A stretch of 64,000 nucleotides of DNA from Camelus dromedarius (GCF_036321535.1 NC_087436.1:63800001-63864000); one strand, 5' to 3'; counted from the stretch's first letter, positions 40,371-55,290 are shown. Made by a program: numbers and translations. The notes: generated from the sequence alone by a model not told the origin.

Positions 40371-42176
40371 TAATAAATTTTCTTTTTTTAATGCAGAGGT
40401 TTCCAATTTGGGATGTTTGTCTTATATAGGAGCAATACTCTGCTCTGGTTATGAGACCCAGATGAGCACAGAACATCATATATGGAGGATTCTTAAATCT
40501 TCTCACACTGTTCTCAGAGATATGTAGAAAATACAGTGTCTTTGTTCTCTAAACCTGGCCTAATCTTCTATGGCAGCCCACCCCATATAAAAGAAAACTT
40601 ACTCCTGCCAAATAACAGTATTTCACTCTCTTCTGGTTTTTACAGTTCTGGCTTTATACTTCAAAGTCCCAATTCCTCACAGAACTGTTTTAAGGAGTCT
40701 TTTTTGCACTGCTCAGACTTTTTAGAAAGATGTTCCCTCTTTATATTCTTGCCCCTTTACTCTTTTCTTTCTCAGAGTGGGGTTTGGGTATATTAGGAGT
40801 CTTACAGTGTTCTCATGACATCAGAGGGAGGGAGTGCTGGCACGTCCTGTGCCCTTTGGCTTCTCTGGTCTCTGAGGGAGTTTCTTATCTGTCTGGCAGC
40901 TGCTCTCCCTGCTGGAATCCCCTACTGGACTTCATAGATAGAGCTGGCAAGTCTTCATCAAGGCCTGGTGGCGAGCTCTGACTCACAGGGCCTCACCCCA
41001 GCCCTTGCTGGTATTAAGAATCTCCTTGAATCTCTTCTACATCTTCCATCCAGAGCCTGAAATAATCAATACACCCGTAATTTCGAACCACTACAGTGGA
41101 GTCACATCATCTCAGAAGTTCCACTGGGAACAAGGTCATACAAGAATACTGGGGATTCAAACCACATCTCAAGGTACGGCAAGCAACTCAGGAAAGCTAA
41201 ACCACCTCTCTTCTTCAGCCTAACCATGCTAAGTTCCAACATTTAGGTTTTTTATGGCCATCTGAGAGGCAATCTCCTTCCCGAGTTCCAGAAATGAATC
41301 AAGGCAAGTGCTCTTAGCCTTGGCAATTCCTTCAACTTATATAACATGCCTCCTTCTGTTCAAGACAAAGTCTGAAAATGGGAGCTTGGGGCCCATATTC
41401 TCCACTCCATTATTCATCTGTTTTTTTCCACCTTTATCTCTCAAAGTTCTTTGGGGCCAAAAAGGACAGGCTCTGAGCTACCTATCTGCTGCTCTTACAC
41501 GGTATCTTCCTACTGTGGTTACCAAGCCATAAGGATTATCCATGAAGGTAGAAGGTGTGCCCTCTCTGTATTCAGGGAAAAATTTCCATGGTCTGTGCTG
41601 TTTATGTCTGGGCATTGTATGTTAAGAAAATTTAGAAAATATCCATTCCAAGTTCTTCTTTCAAATCTATTATTTTTGTGGAAAATTCTTTTCTGGTTTT
41701 CAGAAATTAAACTTTAATTCTATCTTGATCTTTGTATATCTGTTATAAAATTCCTAATACCACCTACCCTATTTCTGAAACCAACAAAAGTTTCAATTTA
41801 GCTAATTGGAAATACTTATAAACAGAAAGTAAAAAGAGAAAATCATAATAACATAATCAAAATATCACCCTAGATATCTGAAATCACCATAAGGTTGAGG
41901 AAAGAAATCTCAACATAGACAAATTTTCTAATTTTCTCATCTTTGATTGACATTAACCAGTTTACAAATTTAAAGAAATAGATTTAACCTGAATCTTGCT
42001 GTGTCACTAGAGGAAAACAAATGCTATCTTACTTAATCATTTATTAAATCCTGTAATGAGACACTTGGTCTTTCCATGGCATTGAGGACTTTATCAATAA
42101 TAAAATTTAAAGGAAGTTTTCAAAGGATGACTTATGATTGGTTCAGACTATACCACCAAAAGGTATAAACGGCCAC

Positions 42177-42417
42177 CTTGGAAAGCCTTCCTTCTCTAAT
42201 TTAATGCGAAGATAATAATCCATGTATCTGAAAGCCTTCAAAACATTCAAGGCCACCGTTGTGGATGGAAACATTTATGGCATCGTTGGGTACTACTCCG
42301 CTGATACAATCTTGGATTGTAACTAAATCCTGGCTTTGGGTGAAATTTAAAACATTTTGTTTTTGAAGACTCTTCTCACATATGTAGTGTTCATCCAGCT
42401 TTTTCATAGCTACTTGG
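42177..42417 (-). pseudogene. Exon remnant, first LRRC37A/B C-terminal-domain-like segment
   Basis: Strong acceptor gtttgtttttttacattacgttttcAG. Reads KSLQKQN...DLVTIQDCISGVVPNDAINV...LECFEGFQIH...REGRLSK, compared with recalled QLEIQLTEQLRSLIPNEDV...MECSETHVQ...RTGLLMK. One in-frame stop. Confidence 0.6.
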
Positions 42418-45400
42418 CTGAAAACGTAATGTAAAAAAACAAACTTTTCTCAAACATTTCCAAGGCTTTTAGTGTAAGTATAAAATAGACGTACAGCATT
42501 GTCCTAATTTATTTTTAATTGTTTCCTGTAATTTATTATGTAGGATACTGGACACTCCCTAGAGAACTAGAATTCTGCACCACAGCATATTCACCACTGC
42601 CATTTATTCATTTAAGTCTATATTTCTGAAGTTGCAGTATCTAATATCACCAGGAAGTTCTCACAGTCTTAGAGAGTTTGCTAAGTGGAAATTCCATTGT
42701 GTAGGATTTCAGCTGAAGAGAATTCCACTTTCTATGGAAAAATGTCAGTAACAACTTAATTTCTTCCTGTTGGGTGAGTATCTTTTATCAACAAAATGTT
42801 CCCAATAATCACATCACTTTCCAGAATGCTGCCTTTGGTTTATATGGACTGAGGAGTTAAGTGAGAGAAAAGGCAAAGGAAATTAGAAAAAAATAATTGT
42901 GTGATAAGGAAAGCTCAGTGACTACTAGCTGCCTATGAAAATGAAAATTGTTCAGATTAACCAATCCGATGCCATTCCAACTAGTCTCATTTATTAAAGC
43001 GATAGCAAAATGTTTACCCTGCTGGTTGGCTCTTGCAAAAGTGACTCTGATCTCATGGATGTCAGTACTTGCCCTCCAGGTTTACTCAGCTTTCAGCAGA
43101 GACACCTTTCTTGTCCATTTCTTCAAAGCAAAGAAAAGAAGAAAGAAAAAAGAAAAAAGCATCCAGTGGAAGATTACAACATACTCCACAGAGAGTCCCT
43201 CCTGAGATCTGCTGACTATAAGAACATGTTAAGAACAAGCTCAGTGGGTCATAATCCATACTGAATGTGACTGGAACCTTCTGTGCCAGATGAGCCAAAG
43301 GTCACTCTAATGTCAACACAGAGCAGAAAAAAAAAATCCACACTTTGCATCTCTGTCAAATAGATAATTGACTATTACCTGTAATTTCTTAAGTGTCAAA
43401 AGGCAAATTCGTTCTTTCCTAAGGATTTTTTCATTTTGCCAGATGAATAGCAGCAAGGTAAAATAGTCACCTAAAAATACATCAGGAAATTATAATTCTG
43501 TTATTTCATTCCTTATAAAAGAACAAGTGCCAGCCCCAAGAACATAAGACTACACTGTGGAGTAGTGTTCCTGGTAATCTCAACTCTAGAAAAATCTCCA
43601 GAAAACCCATGCAGTTTAATAACTACCTTAAGGCGGAACTGATGGAACCTTATGCCATTCAGTGTGGATATTCTATGTCTAATTCATCTAAGCCCATTTT
43701 TAAGAGAGCCTATTTTATTACTGAAGTATTTCATTCAATAGCCTTCCTCTCCTCTATCCTATCTCTTCATCTCCCACACCTCCACTCTGACACCACATGT
43801 TGCTTTCTAAAATACAGTTGTGGTCTTGTCTTTTCCCTGTTGAAACTTTTATGGATTTTCATTTCATACAAGACAAACTCCAAACAACTCACCATTCAAA
43901 TATACTTGCAATCTCCTTGAGCTATCTTTCCAGGCTCATCTACTTCCTCACTCTTACCCCCATTTACAAACTCCACTCATACAATGCTCACTCCTTACAC
44001 TGTACTGAAGACTCTAGCTTCTTTCAGTTACTTCACATAATCTTATATATATAAAAAAGATATCTTCCATCTCTATGCCTTTGCACATATCCTATAAACC
44101 TAAAATGTCAGCTATTTTCTCATAGTCTTTGTTACTGAAAGCACAAATGCTTACCCCAGATGGAATTGTTTCTCCCACTACTGTGTCCACTTAGAAGTTC
44201 ATTCTTTGTTTAGAGACCCCTAACCCCATAGTTTCTGACCTCCTTATATCTAGGGACTTGTCTTATTCAAGTTTATTTAACAAAAATTATAGAAAATCTT
44301 CAAATGTCCATTGAATAAAAGCATAAAATTATCTAGTAAACTAATACCTGATATTCTTCCCTAAGGATCTATCTATCCCAAAGTATCAATACTATTAACT
44401 CATTAGTTCTAAGGCAATGTTATCTTCCATTAATACCTGCAATATAATTGCTAAGTATATTGCTGTAATTCCATCGAAATAACTGTACCATCTGTGGTAA
44501 AAAGACACTGGAGTTTTACTAGACCTGGTTAATAGCATTTTAGACTTACTTGTGGCAGCATCATATGGCTTTACCTGATTTTCACAAATCTTGAGGCATT
44601 ATTAAGAACACTCACATGAAACAATGAGCATGTATTTTATGGTTTCACATCCAATTCTTTACAAGTATAATCCTGATCTCCTCAATAATAAGCTTTCACA
44701 ATCTCTGGTAAATTGAAAGAACACATATTTTTTTCCTAGAATTGTGCAGCCATCTTCAGTTTATTTTCATTTCAAAGCATGGAATTTATTCTATTAATAG
44801 GTAATATCCAACAAAAGCCAGACAGATAGCAATAATTGTTTTGTTTATTATATAACTGGTATATGGTTTTTGAAAAGAATTATTTTCTCGAATTAACTTC
44901 TAAATCATTTAAATTATTTCGGATTTATAACTAAGGATAAGGTACCCAGTCTTTCTCTGCTACTTTCGCCTACCTAAAAAAATAGATATCATTTAATATA
45001 ACTTTGAGGATTTTGAACATCTAGAAGTATTTAGAGGCTTTTTGAAGGTGCTTCAGAAAGCAAAGTGATTGAAAAAAGGCAATCCTCACAATGCTTACAG
45101 AATGATAAAGGATTTAAATTCTAGGAAAGACAATCAATATAAAAACAAATAAACATGGATTTTTTAAAAAGGCATCTACTATCCCTCTGTTTCAACCAAC
45201 AACTAAAATCAGTGACAGTAAAAAGTAGCAAACAAAATTATGGTTCTATTTGCTATTTGATTTCATTAGCATATTTCAACCAATTTTGTAAATCAAACTT
45301 CCTTGTGTCACTTCCTAAATAGAACATATTTAAATGATTATTCATTTCTAAACAATGCATGGCTTCTTGTAGTCTCACTGTATTTTAGTTTTGTCCACCT

Positions 45401-48400
45401 TTGAATGCATTTCATTTTTGTAATTTAAGGTAAAAAATTTAAAAATGAGTGTTTTTAAAATAAATGTGTGCATTAATTATTAAATTGAAAGAACTCTAAA
45501 ATCATTATAAAGGGTTTAAGAAGGAATTTATTATCAGATCATCTTCATAAATTATCTTCAAAAATTATATAAATGTAAGCAAAAGAGTTTGAAATAAAAA
45601 TCAAGATTCCCTTTCAAATCTGCTTTGAAATAATACTGTAAGTTGGACCAAATCTGTCTGAAGTTATACTGTAGGTGGACCTAAACTACCAAAAAGTTAT
45701 TATCACCATTGAGAACATTTACTAAACACTTAGGAGATCATGAAGCTTCCCTTTTATTTCATTGAAACTCTTTTAAAAGAAGGAATCTACTTTTAGGGTT
45801 AGGTACTAAAATATTCTACTAATAATGTAGCAAATGCAAGGAAATTAAATAATAAATAATAAGTGGATTTTTTAAATGTAAGAAAGATATAACCACATTA
45901 AATCAAGGCAAGAACTACGTTTAAGAATAATGATCAGAATCAAATACGTTTCAAGCTTGAACAAAATAGGTATCAGGCATTTCAAAATGTGATTAGGCAT
46001 TATCTGTCCATTTGAGAGACTGGGTGTGTGATGCACCTATGTTTAAGGATGAATTATGCTATCTTCTCATTCATTAAAAAAAAAAGGTAGACAAAATCAT
46101 ATTACATTAGAATCCGCATGAACAAGAGTATTCCTCTCTCTTAATAATTATATTAGTAGTTTGAGCAGGTGCATAAGAACTTTCGTCACAGCAATTCAGG
46201 TGGCAGAACTGATTGACCTGGTTATCACATCTGAATACTTCTTACAGTTCAATTTATCCTTTAGCCAGTTTCATGTAATTACATAATTTTGCACTGTAAG
46301 CTGGAAAAATTCTAATGTCTCGGGTACATTGATATTTCTTTATTATTTACTTTACAAGTGATTTAAAGAAAGACATTTTTACCAAAAATTTTTTAAAGTT
46401 TATTTGATATTGTACTTCAGCAAGCAATCCATTTTATAGACAGGTTAAATGAGGGACATGAATGTGGAGTTGCTTAACCAGATAGATTTAGTCAATCCAT
46501 CCAAAACTTGAAATCAGAAAATTCCAGGTTAAAGGAGAGAAAACATTAGGCCCAAGGTCAATATAACAAATGGAAAGAATAGGCAGCCGTATATATAATA
46601 TGATAGATACATCAATCAGTTATATTCCTGAGACTAATTTAGTACAATTAATAGCTAAAAAATATTTTGATGAGAGAAGGAGGGGAAGAAGGGGAGAAGA
46701 ATAAGGGAGGGTACTGAACTCCTTCATTGTTCTGGAATAAAGGTGAAGGATGAAGGTAAGAATCAGTGGGGACTACTCCAAAGTTATTTCAGTCTTATCT
46801 TCTAGAGCCACATTCTAGTTAATAACCATCTCTAATGTTCTGTCACTATTTTGTGTGTATTTATCTGTACTGATCATAAATATTGGACATTTCTCATTTT
46901 TTTCCACTTCATATATGCATCATCATTGGCACCACCTCTCTGGTCCCTTTCTTGATTACTTTAACTTTAAATATTTGCTTTATTACATTTTCTTTCAGGG
47001 TGACCTTCCTTTACACCCTTCTTCTTTTCTACAGCTGAGACCATTTTTAAGATAACTCAGTCTCAAGCTGGAATCATCTTCACCTTTGATTATGCGGGCT
47101 TTAAGGGTCTCTGGTTCCATACTCATAGGATTCAGCCACTCTTGTTTTTAAACAGGTTCTTAAACTCTAGTTCTGACTTACTTCTGAAACATTTTTAAAA
47201 ACACCTAGAAGTGACTACTCACATAGATTCCATGCCTAAATTTTCATATAATTGTATTTATATATTGCACCTTAAGATCATATAATGAAGCATTATGTGT
47301 TATATTTTCATATAAGTTATATATTTATAAACTGTTATTTTCAAAAGATATATTTTATTATAATAATACATCTCATATATAATACAATAAAAACATTCTG
47401 AGCCAAATGATTTGGCAGATATTCCTGTAAATGATTAGAAATTTGCTATGAAATATATCATATCTCTATTTGAACACACTTATCATTTCTTTCCCATCAT
47501 GCATGCTCATGATTTTTTTGAACAAATTGTGGAGTTGACTTTTGTGTCCAAAGAATTTAATCTCAAATCCTTTTCAATTTGCAAATGTGAATAATGACTA
47601 TAGTTTCAGAAACAACAAAAAATTCTCAAATTCAAATTATCCATAACTGAAAAATGAATTATATATACTTCGCCACCAAAATTTTTATGTTAATTTCCCA
47701 ACATAAAGGATGCTATAATATTAATGTCATACTGTAGAAATAATGGAAAATGGTCATATCTCATCATGAAGTTCTGAGAAATAGCTATTGAAACATTAAA
47801 ATGAAATTCAGCTTTCAAATATAGCTATATGTAATCAAGACTTGCATATTTCAACTAGGTTCTCACAAGTCTAATATGTAAAATTAAATTCCACTGCATT
47901 TGGAACACTATTAAATAGGGATTAATGTTGCAGGGTATTGTTAATAAATAAATGCATATATTCCAACTTGGTAAAGGTTGTTTTTAAAGGAGAGCTGGGA
48001 AATTAAAATTGAACATTTTGAGCTGCTACTACCCATTACAGCTGAAAGAGACTGGAATAAAAGTGGTTACTGCATACATACTGATAGCATTCTTAACTTA
48101 ACCTGTCCCTAGAGATTTCTACAAAAACCAGATAACATACTTTAGGACAAATACTGGGGAGAAATGGGAAATTATCTTCTTTATGATTCTGAGATTTAAA
48201 AATTCTTTTGCTTGAATTATACCTTTTAAAATCAAAATACTTTATGTTGCTTAGAACATATAATTTTATACTGATAGTATGTTTTTCATCCGTAATTTTG
48301 GATGAAATCTGCCAATATCTGCTTGATTTTATGATCAAAACCTTTTATCATTGCCTATTGTCAGATTCTTAGATGGGAGTATTCTGAAGTTTTAGAAGTA

Positions 48401-48739
48401 AGTAAATATGAGACCTAAATAAATCCAAGCCAAGTAAAACCAGAAGTAATTATCACTAAGAAATTAAGTTTTCACGTCCTTACCACTTACCACAAAGCAG
48501 ACATTGTTGAGTGTTTTATAAATACATGTAATTTAAATCCTGTAATGATCATGTGAAGTGTGTGCTATGTTTATTATCCCCATTTACAGATGAGGAAAAT
48601 GAGACTTAGAGATCTTAAGTTGGCCAAGAGCATATAACTAGTGGGTAATGGCTGACAGATGTGACCTAGGCTGTGTGGGTCTAGGGGCCATGAGCCTAGC
48701 CACCACACAATTCAGCTTCTCATTAAGAAAAACTGCAGA

Positions 48740-49134
48740 ACAACATGGATGAACTTGGAGGGTACTATGCTAGGTGAAATAAGTCAGAAAAGACAAATAC
48801 TGTATGATATCACTTATATGTGAAATCTAAAAAATACTACAAACTAGTGATAATAATGAAAAAGAAACAGACTCACAAATACAAAGAACAAACTAGCGTG
48901 CATCAGGAGGGAGAGAGTGGGGGGTAGAGGCAATATAGGGGCAGGGGATTAATAGGTACAGACTATTATGTATAAAATAAGTTACAAGGATATATTGCAC
49001 AACATGTGAATATAGCCAACATTATATAATAACTATGGAGTATAACCTTCAAAATTTATGAATCACTATATTGTTTACCCATAACATATAATATTGTACA
49101 TCAACTATATTGCAAATTTTTGAAAAAAGGGAAA
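48740..49134 (+). mobile_element. Short L1 3'-end insertion
   Basis: acatggatgaacttggagggtactatgctaggtgaaataagtcaga... L1 3'UTR; TSD aaaaactgcaga at 48728-48739 and 49135-49146. Confidence 0.9.
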
Positions 49135-51817
49135 AAAAACTGCAGACATTTAGGGAAAATAAAAACTGCAGTTTCAATATGAGGCTAAAAACCAAGGCAC
49201 GCATATTTTACCATATATCATAAAATTCACATAGCACTTCCTCTCTCTCTTAAGGCACTTATTTTTTCTATCTAGTCCTATAAATATTTTTCACACATCT
49301 CCTCTCATATACGTTTACATCAAGACCATAAGTTCCTTGACACAAAAACTGGGCCTGATTTTTTGTGTCCTCCAAAATCCCTAGTACAGAAAACATATTC
49401 TTTAAGCATTCATTTAGTATTTTTGGATGATAGAATATGTATCTGTCTCCTTCATTAAGAAACAAGGTAAAAGAAAAATATAGTTAACACAATGTACTAT
49501 AGATATGAATTAAATTTTGACTCTCCATATAACTCCATTCTGTCCATTAAAGAAACAGGTAGAAAAAGATATCAACTCCCACTGAGCCTGAATTCATTTC
49601 ATGAAAACTGAGCAAAATTTATTATAAATGTTTAGCCTACAGTAATCTTATTTTTAATTTTTTTTACAATTCTAATTTTACATACATATTTTTAAATGTA
49701 CACAACCAATTTTATTTAAAATTTAGTATATTTTTACTTAATTACTAACTTCCAATTTTTAATTTAATTGGTAAAAAGGCTTTATAAACCAAAGAATGTA
49801 TGCAACAACTGCATGTGCAGCATTCCAGCTGGCAAAGATGGGGAAATGGATGACCCAGGTACTATAAGTGAGAAAAGGCAGACACATTGATGACGTAGTG
49901 GGAAGTTTCTCCAATCTGAAAGGTACTTAGGGGAGTAATAGACAGTTAGAAGAGACAAGTAGTAGATATTAAAGATAGAGACAGAAGTGGCAATTAACTC
50001 CATTTGAATGATAGTTGAAGCCATATATAAGAATTTAATAATGAAATAAAAATGGGTAAGGGAAGAAAAGAGAAAAAAAGGACGAGGGCAGACCTTGAGT
50101 ATTAACTACATTTCATGGGCAGAAGAGTGGATATAGAAATGTAAGGAAGAGAAGGGAAAAGAACTCATGGATGTACTAGCATGGATCATTTTAAATAAAA
50201 CAAGTAAACAATGATTTTGAAAAATAGGAATAATTAATAATTTCAAATATTGTGGACAATATAATAAGAAAAGGAAGTGAAAAGAAGTCTTCAATTCTGG
50301 TGACTAAACAGTTATTAGTGATCACAGAATGGTCTCATTTGAATTTGTCTAAATCATGGCTGATAAAGAATAAAGATTATATGGGTACATTAAAAAAAAT
50401 ATATATATATATAAAATACATATAAAAGTAAACTGTATATATATATACAGTTTATATATATATAACTTTTACTTTTCCAAAAAAGTAAAAGTTTACTTTT
50501 CCAAAAAAAGGACAATGATAAAGTAGTCGACCCAGAAGTTTACAAAAGTGTGGTCTGAGCTTTGATAACCATTGTTGGAACTCCTAGTAGAAGGAAAATT
50601 GTTTAACTAAAATAAACAAACAAACAAATAAAATTATGAACATTCTTGAGTTGAAAATCATTGCAGATTTCTGAACACTTCACATTTTCCAAACAGCTTT
50701 CCTGGCCTTCAAAGTATTGTGATCTTCACAATAACCATATGAATAAAAAGGATGATCATCCAATCTTTCCAAATGAGGAAATGTTTCCTGAGAAATATCA
50801 TCTGACCTTGCAGAATGAGTGGCATTGCTCGGGCTAGAGCTCAGTACAGTGAAACCTAGCGCTACTGCTCTTTCCACTAAAGCAAACAAGATTCAGGAAC
50901 AATTGCCTTCAGAGTTTATAACCAAGACTTGACTTTACAGACCCTGATAACTCAAATATGTATAATGCAAAAAGTTAGGTACTCCTGCAGCTCCAGTCTC
51001 GAGGCTATGAAGTGTTTCAACAGCAGTCACTAGCCACTTACTTCTCAAGTCTTTTTTATTCATTTATTCATTATTCATTTTATTCCCTCTCACAAATCCA
51101 TTAGTGAGGTGAGGTGGCAATCTCTATTTTAGAGAAGAAATAAAAAGAATGAGTTATTTGTGTAAGTTCACAAAACAGTTCAGTGACAGAACTGGCAATC
51201 GAATTTTAAAATCTGTTTCTTATCCAGCCTCTTTTACTGAATAACCCTCTTCTTCACAAAACTAATTCTAGTTATTATAACTGGTTTACTATACTGCAGT
51301 GCATATATAAATGTAAATGTGTACATGTATATACATACACATTATCAAATATTCAATTGTGTATACTTGAATATGTAATACAAGATTTTTCAAGCAATCG
51401 GAAGGATCAAAAATTCCTTTTTCCCTACTAACCACCAAAACCAAAAACTGAATCAGATTTTCCTTCATTTTGTTATTTAATTAAATGCACCCTCTTCTGA
51501 ACTTCACTTTGATGTCCATGATACTACATAATCTGTTAGGTGAGCTAGTGACAGACTTCAAAGTAAGTGGAAGACAGAAGCACATATATCAAGCATGATT
51601 TCAAAATATAAACAATGTGAGTTCAGCTTGTCTGGCTCCTTATCACTACCCGAGGGAAAAATAATGACTCCCTGTAAACATCCAGTACCCATGAAGCTGT
51701 AACAAAATAATGTTCAGAGATATCTACTGATTATGAAATTAAACTTCATGGGAAGAAAACTGAATGTATATTGCACCAAAGACGGAGGAAGCATAAAATA
51801 TGTAATATTGCATTTAC

Positions 51818-52060
51818 AGGGTACGTAAAATCTTATTGGATCAGTGATAAATATTTGTGCTCCAGCAATTTTACTGTTTTACAGACTACCTTCCCTGAGA
51901 AGGTTTACAAAATACATAGACAACTTATTAATCAGTATCAAAACACAGCAATTCTAGGTGTAAGTAGAATGAAATGTGTGCAAAGCAGCCACCCTGAAAA
52001 ATATTTCATTAATGGAATAATTTTCCATTCAAAAATTATCTTCCCTGAATAAAGCTGTCT
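51818..52060 (-). pseudogene. Exon remnant(s), putative LRR6 plus LRR C-terminal Cys cap
   Basis: Acceptor tgtttcctctgtgtAG. In-frame ILLTPRIAVF*Y*LISCLCIL*TFSGKVVCKTVKLL; VCKTVKL (51866-51886) is identical to the recalled LRRC37A/B motif. Confidence 0.75.
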
Positions 52061-52447
52061 CTACACAGAGGAAACATTTATGAAGCACATGAATATTGGA
52101 AGGCTCTTTTTCAGAAAAGAATGTTGTACAAATAAGAAGTGTTTTGCTTTTGATACTGATCACATTTTAAAATATATTGATGTACACATTAAATATTGAA
52201 TAGCAAACTTTTATTATTTATGACTGATTATCAGCATTTACTTCTCATTCCTGAAAATTTGAGTATTTTTTATTATTCTTAGTTCTTATAATTTCTGCCA
52301 ATCATATTTTACTCTGGGGCTACTGGTTCACAGGAATGTCAAGGAGCTGGTTAACTTTCCATTTAATACTCATGTGGTTAATTTGGAATGATGAAAATAT
52401 GCTTGTTATTTTACAAATGAATTATTCATTACTAAAGACAACACTAC

Positions 52448-52514
52448 CTATGAATACAAGCAAGTAGTATCAATCAAGGAAGACTTATTGCCATAAAGCC
52501 TTCATATTTAAAAT
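52448..52514 (-). pseudogene. Exon remnant, putative LRR5
   Basis: Strong acceptor attttcctttttctgtctttAG followed by ILNMKALWQ*VFLD*YYLL (recalled ILNRNPLTTVEDPYLF). Donor is weak. Confidence 0.45.
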
Positions 52515-52630
52515 CTAAAGACAGAAAAAGGAAAATGTACATTTAAACAATGTGATTAGCATACTAGGCCAAAAAAACTATATATCTTGAATTTCTCCTC
52601 AAATATCATATATAAGTAATAACGTCTCAC

Positions 52631-52787
52631 AAATCTCATATTTCTAAGGACTTAAATTTTTATAGTACTAATACAACTCTGGTCACATTATTATTACCTC
52701 ATTCCACCACAACGTCCAAAACTAAATTTGGCTTTCTCATCTCTTGTTCAGACTTAATAGATCACAAAATTATGATCCATGTTCTCT
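52631..52787 (-). pseudogene. Exon remnant, putative LRR4
   Basis: Acceptor tttgctttAG and donor ttGTGAGA. Reads ENMDHNFVIY*V*TRDEKAKFSFGRCGGMR, compared with recalled [23 protein letters not shown]. Confidence 0.5.
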
Positions 52788-53924
52788 CTAAAGCAAATTC
52801 TTTATGACTAAGACAGAACAATAGCTTGAAATATATCAGTCCTTGGTTACTTGAATAATCTTATTTAAATTTAATAATAATGTTATATTATTAAGTAGCT
52901 GAAGAATTTCAAACACTGATATAAGCACTTTGGGCCAAACTGTTTTTATTTGGAGCCAAAATAATGATGATGATGATGTTGATTACAGCCACAAAGAAGT
53001 AAGCCATGAAAGCTCTGTACATATCTTTTCTCACATCAGACCTAGAGGTAGGTATTATTATGTATGTCTTCCCGCTGAGAAAACATGTAACAAAGTAAAT
53101 ATGTAACCTGTTCATTTAACACCATCAGTGTGACTGACTCAGTACTTAAACAAAAGCTTATTATTTTTACTTTGCTGACCTATTTCTGAGGGGTTGTACT
53201 TCAGGATTAAACATGGTAAATTAAGTGTACATTTATCTTTGCTGTCTTCAAAACCCCACTAAAATGACAATAAAAGGGGGAGAAAAAAAGGCAAGAAGAC
53301 AAGGTGGAGAAGGGTAAATATTTGGAAAATGAAAAGCAGATGGAAAGTAGTTGCCATGGCAGTTAGGAGAAAGTGAATTCCAGTTGGAAAGTCTAGAAAA
53401 GATTAAGGCTGAATTATGGGTCAAGGTTTTTAAAAATATAATTGAATAAAAATATTTGAGGTTGAAAACTTAAAAATTTCCCCCCTAAATCTCTTTTCCT
53501 ACATTTTCTATTTAGGCAACTACTCCATCTCAAACTAGCAGAGGACTCCAGTTTTAGAGAAATTGAACATGAAAAATATCTAGTCTTGGGAATGTGGGCA
53601 CAGGTTAGGGTAGAAGAAAGATGCAGATGGAAAAGTCACATCTGAAATGGTGAAGTCTCTCTCTGGGCCACCTACTCCCAAGCTCTCAGAGTGTCACCTA
53701 GGAGGCTGAGATCACAACACCACCGAACCTGTACCTACTCTGCCCTTGACAAGAGCTGGAATTTTTCTCTCTGGAATAACTGACCAGCCTCCGCAAAAAG
53801 CCCTCAGTCACTGCAATTTGGTTCCTTAGGGAAAAGTAGTCTTTGCTCAAACATTCTGTGGACTTCTATAAGTCAATTTACTTAAGTCTTTTTGTTTTAT
53901 TTGTTTTGTCTATTTGTTTTAAGT

Positions 53925-54672
53925 CTTTATCCTTAAGGTTTCTGTTTACGTGATATATCTTTTCCATCCTTTTATTTTCAACCTATTTGTGTCTTTAAAT
54001 CTAAAATGTCTTCTGTAGACAGCATATTGTTGGGTCCTGTTTATTTTTTAATTCAATTTGATAATGTCTGACTTTTGATTTGATTACTTAATTCATTTAT
54101 GTTTAATGTTATGAATATAGTTAGATTTACATCTGTCATTTTACATGCATCACATCATTTTTATTTCCTCCTTTATTGCCTTCTCTTGTGGTAAAGGAAT
54201 ACTTTCTGGTAACACTTTAATTCCTTTAATAATTTTTAATGATATTTTGAAATTATTTTTAAGTAATTGCTCTAGGGCTTACCATATATTTCTTAACTTC
54301 CAAACTGAGATTTATATTAACTTAATTCCAATGAAATATAAAAACTTTACTCATATATAGCTGCATTCTCCCCCATTTTTGTTCTCTTTTTATTATTCTA
54401 TTATATTTACAAATGTTACAAACCCTACAATCCATTGTTATAATTATTACATTTTATATGTCTTTTAAAGATAAGAGAGAAAATAATGTATTTATAGAGA
54501 TTGTTATATTAATCTTACTTATCATTTTTGATTCTCTTCATTTTTTTCCTATGAATTCAAGCTAACATCTGATATCATTTCTTTACTCAAATAAAGCTTT
54601 GTTCCCACCCACCTCCTTTTTGCTGTTTTTATCAAATACATTACATTTCTGTATGTTAAAAGCCCTACAATA

Positions 54673-54716
<44 letters not shown>

Positions 54717-55290
54717 TGCAAGTATCTTTTAATTAGTTAAAAAAAGAAAGAAGAATAAAAATGCAATTATACTGTTATTTATAATTACCCACATAATTGC
54801 CTTTACTGATACTCTTTGGGTGTGTGCGTGGATTTGAATTACTGTCTGGTGTCACCTGCTTTCAGCCTTAAGTACTTTCTATAGTATTTTCATAAAGTGG
54901 GATTGCTAGCAACAGATTCTCTGCTTTTGTCTATCTGAGAATGCCTTTATTTTACCTTAATTTTTGAAAGATAGTTTTGCTGAATATAAGATTCTTGGTT
55001 GACAGTTTTGTTTTGTTTTGTTTTGTTTTTTACTTTCATCAATTTGAATATGTTGCCCCACTACCTTCTGGCCTCCATTCTTTCTGAAGAGAACTTAGCT
55101 GTTAATTTTACTGGGCTTTTCTTGTATGTTGTATGAAATGAGTTATTTTTCCCCTTACTGCATTCAAAGATTTCTGGCTTTCAACATTTTGACCATGATG
55201 TATCTGGGTGTGATTGTCTTTGTATTTATTTTACTTGGAGCTAGTTATGCTTCTTGGATGTGTAGATTATTGTTTTCAGCAAATTTAGGA
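53925..55290 (-). mobile_element. Old L1 fragment nested in older L1/HAL1-like sequence (about 53180-56200)
   Basis: T-rich antisense L1 signature such as ctatttgtgtctttaaatctaaa and gaaagatagttttgctgaatataagattcttggttgacag. Confidence 0.7.
54677..54712 (+). repeat. (TA)n microsatellite
   Basis: Directly visible. Confidence 0.95.
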
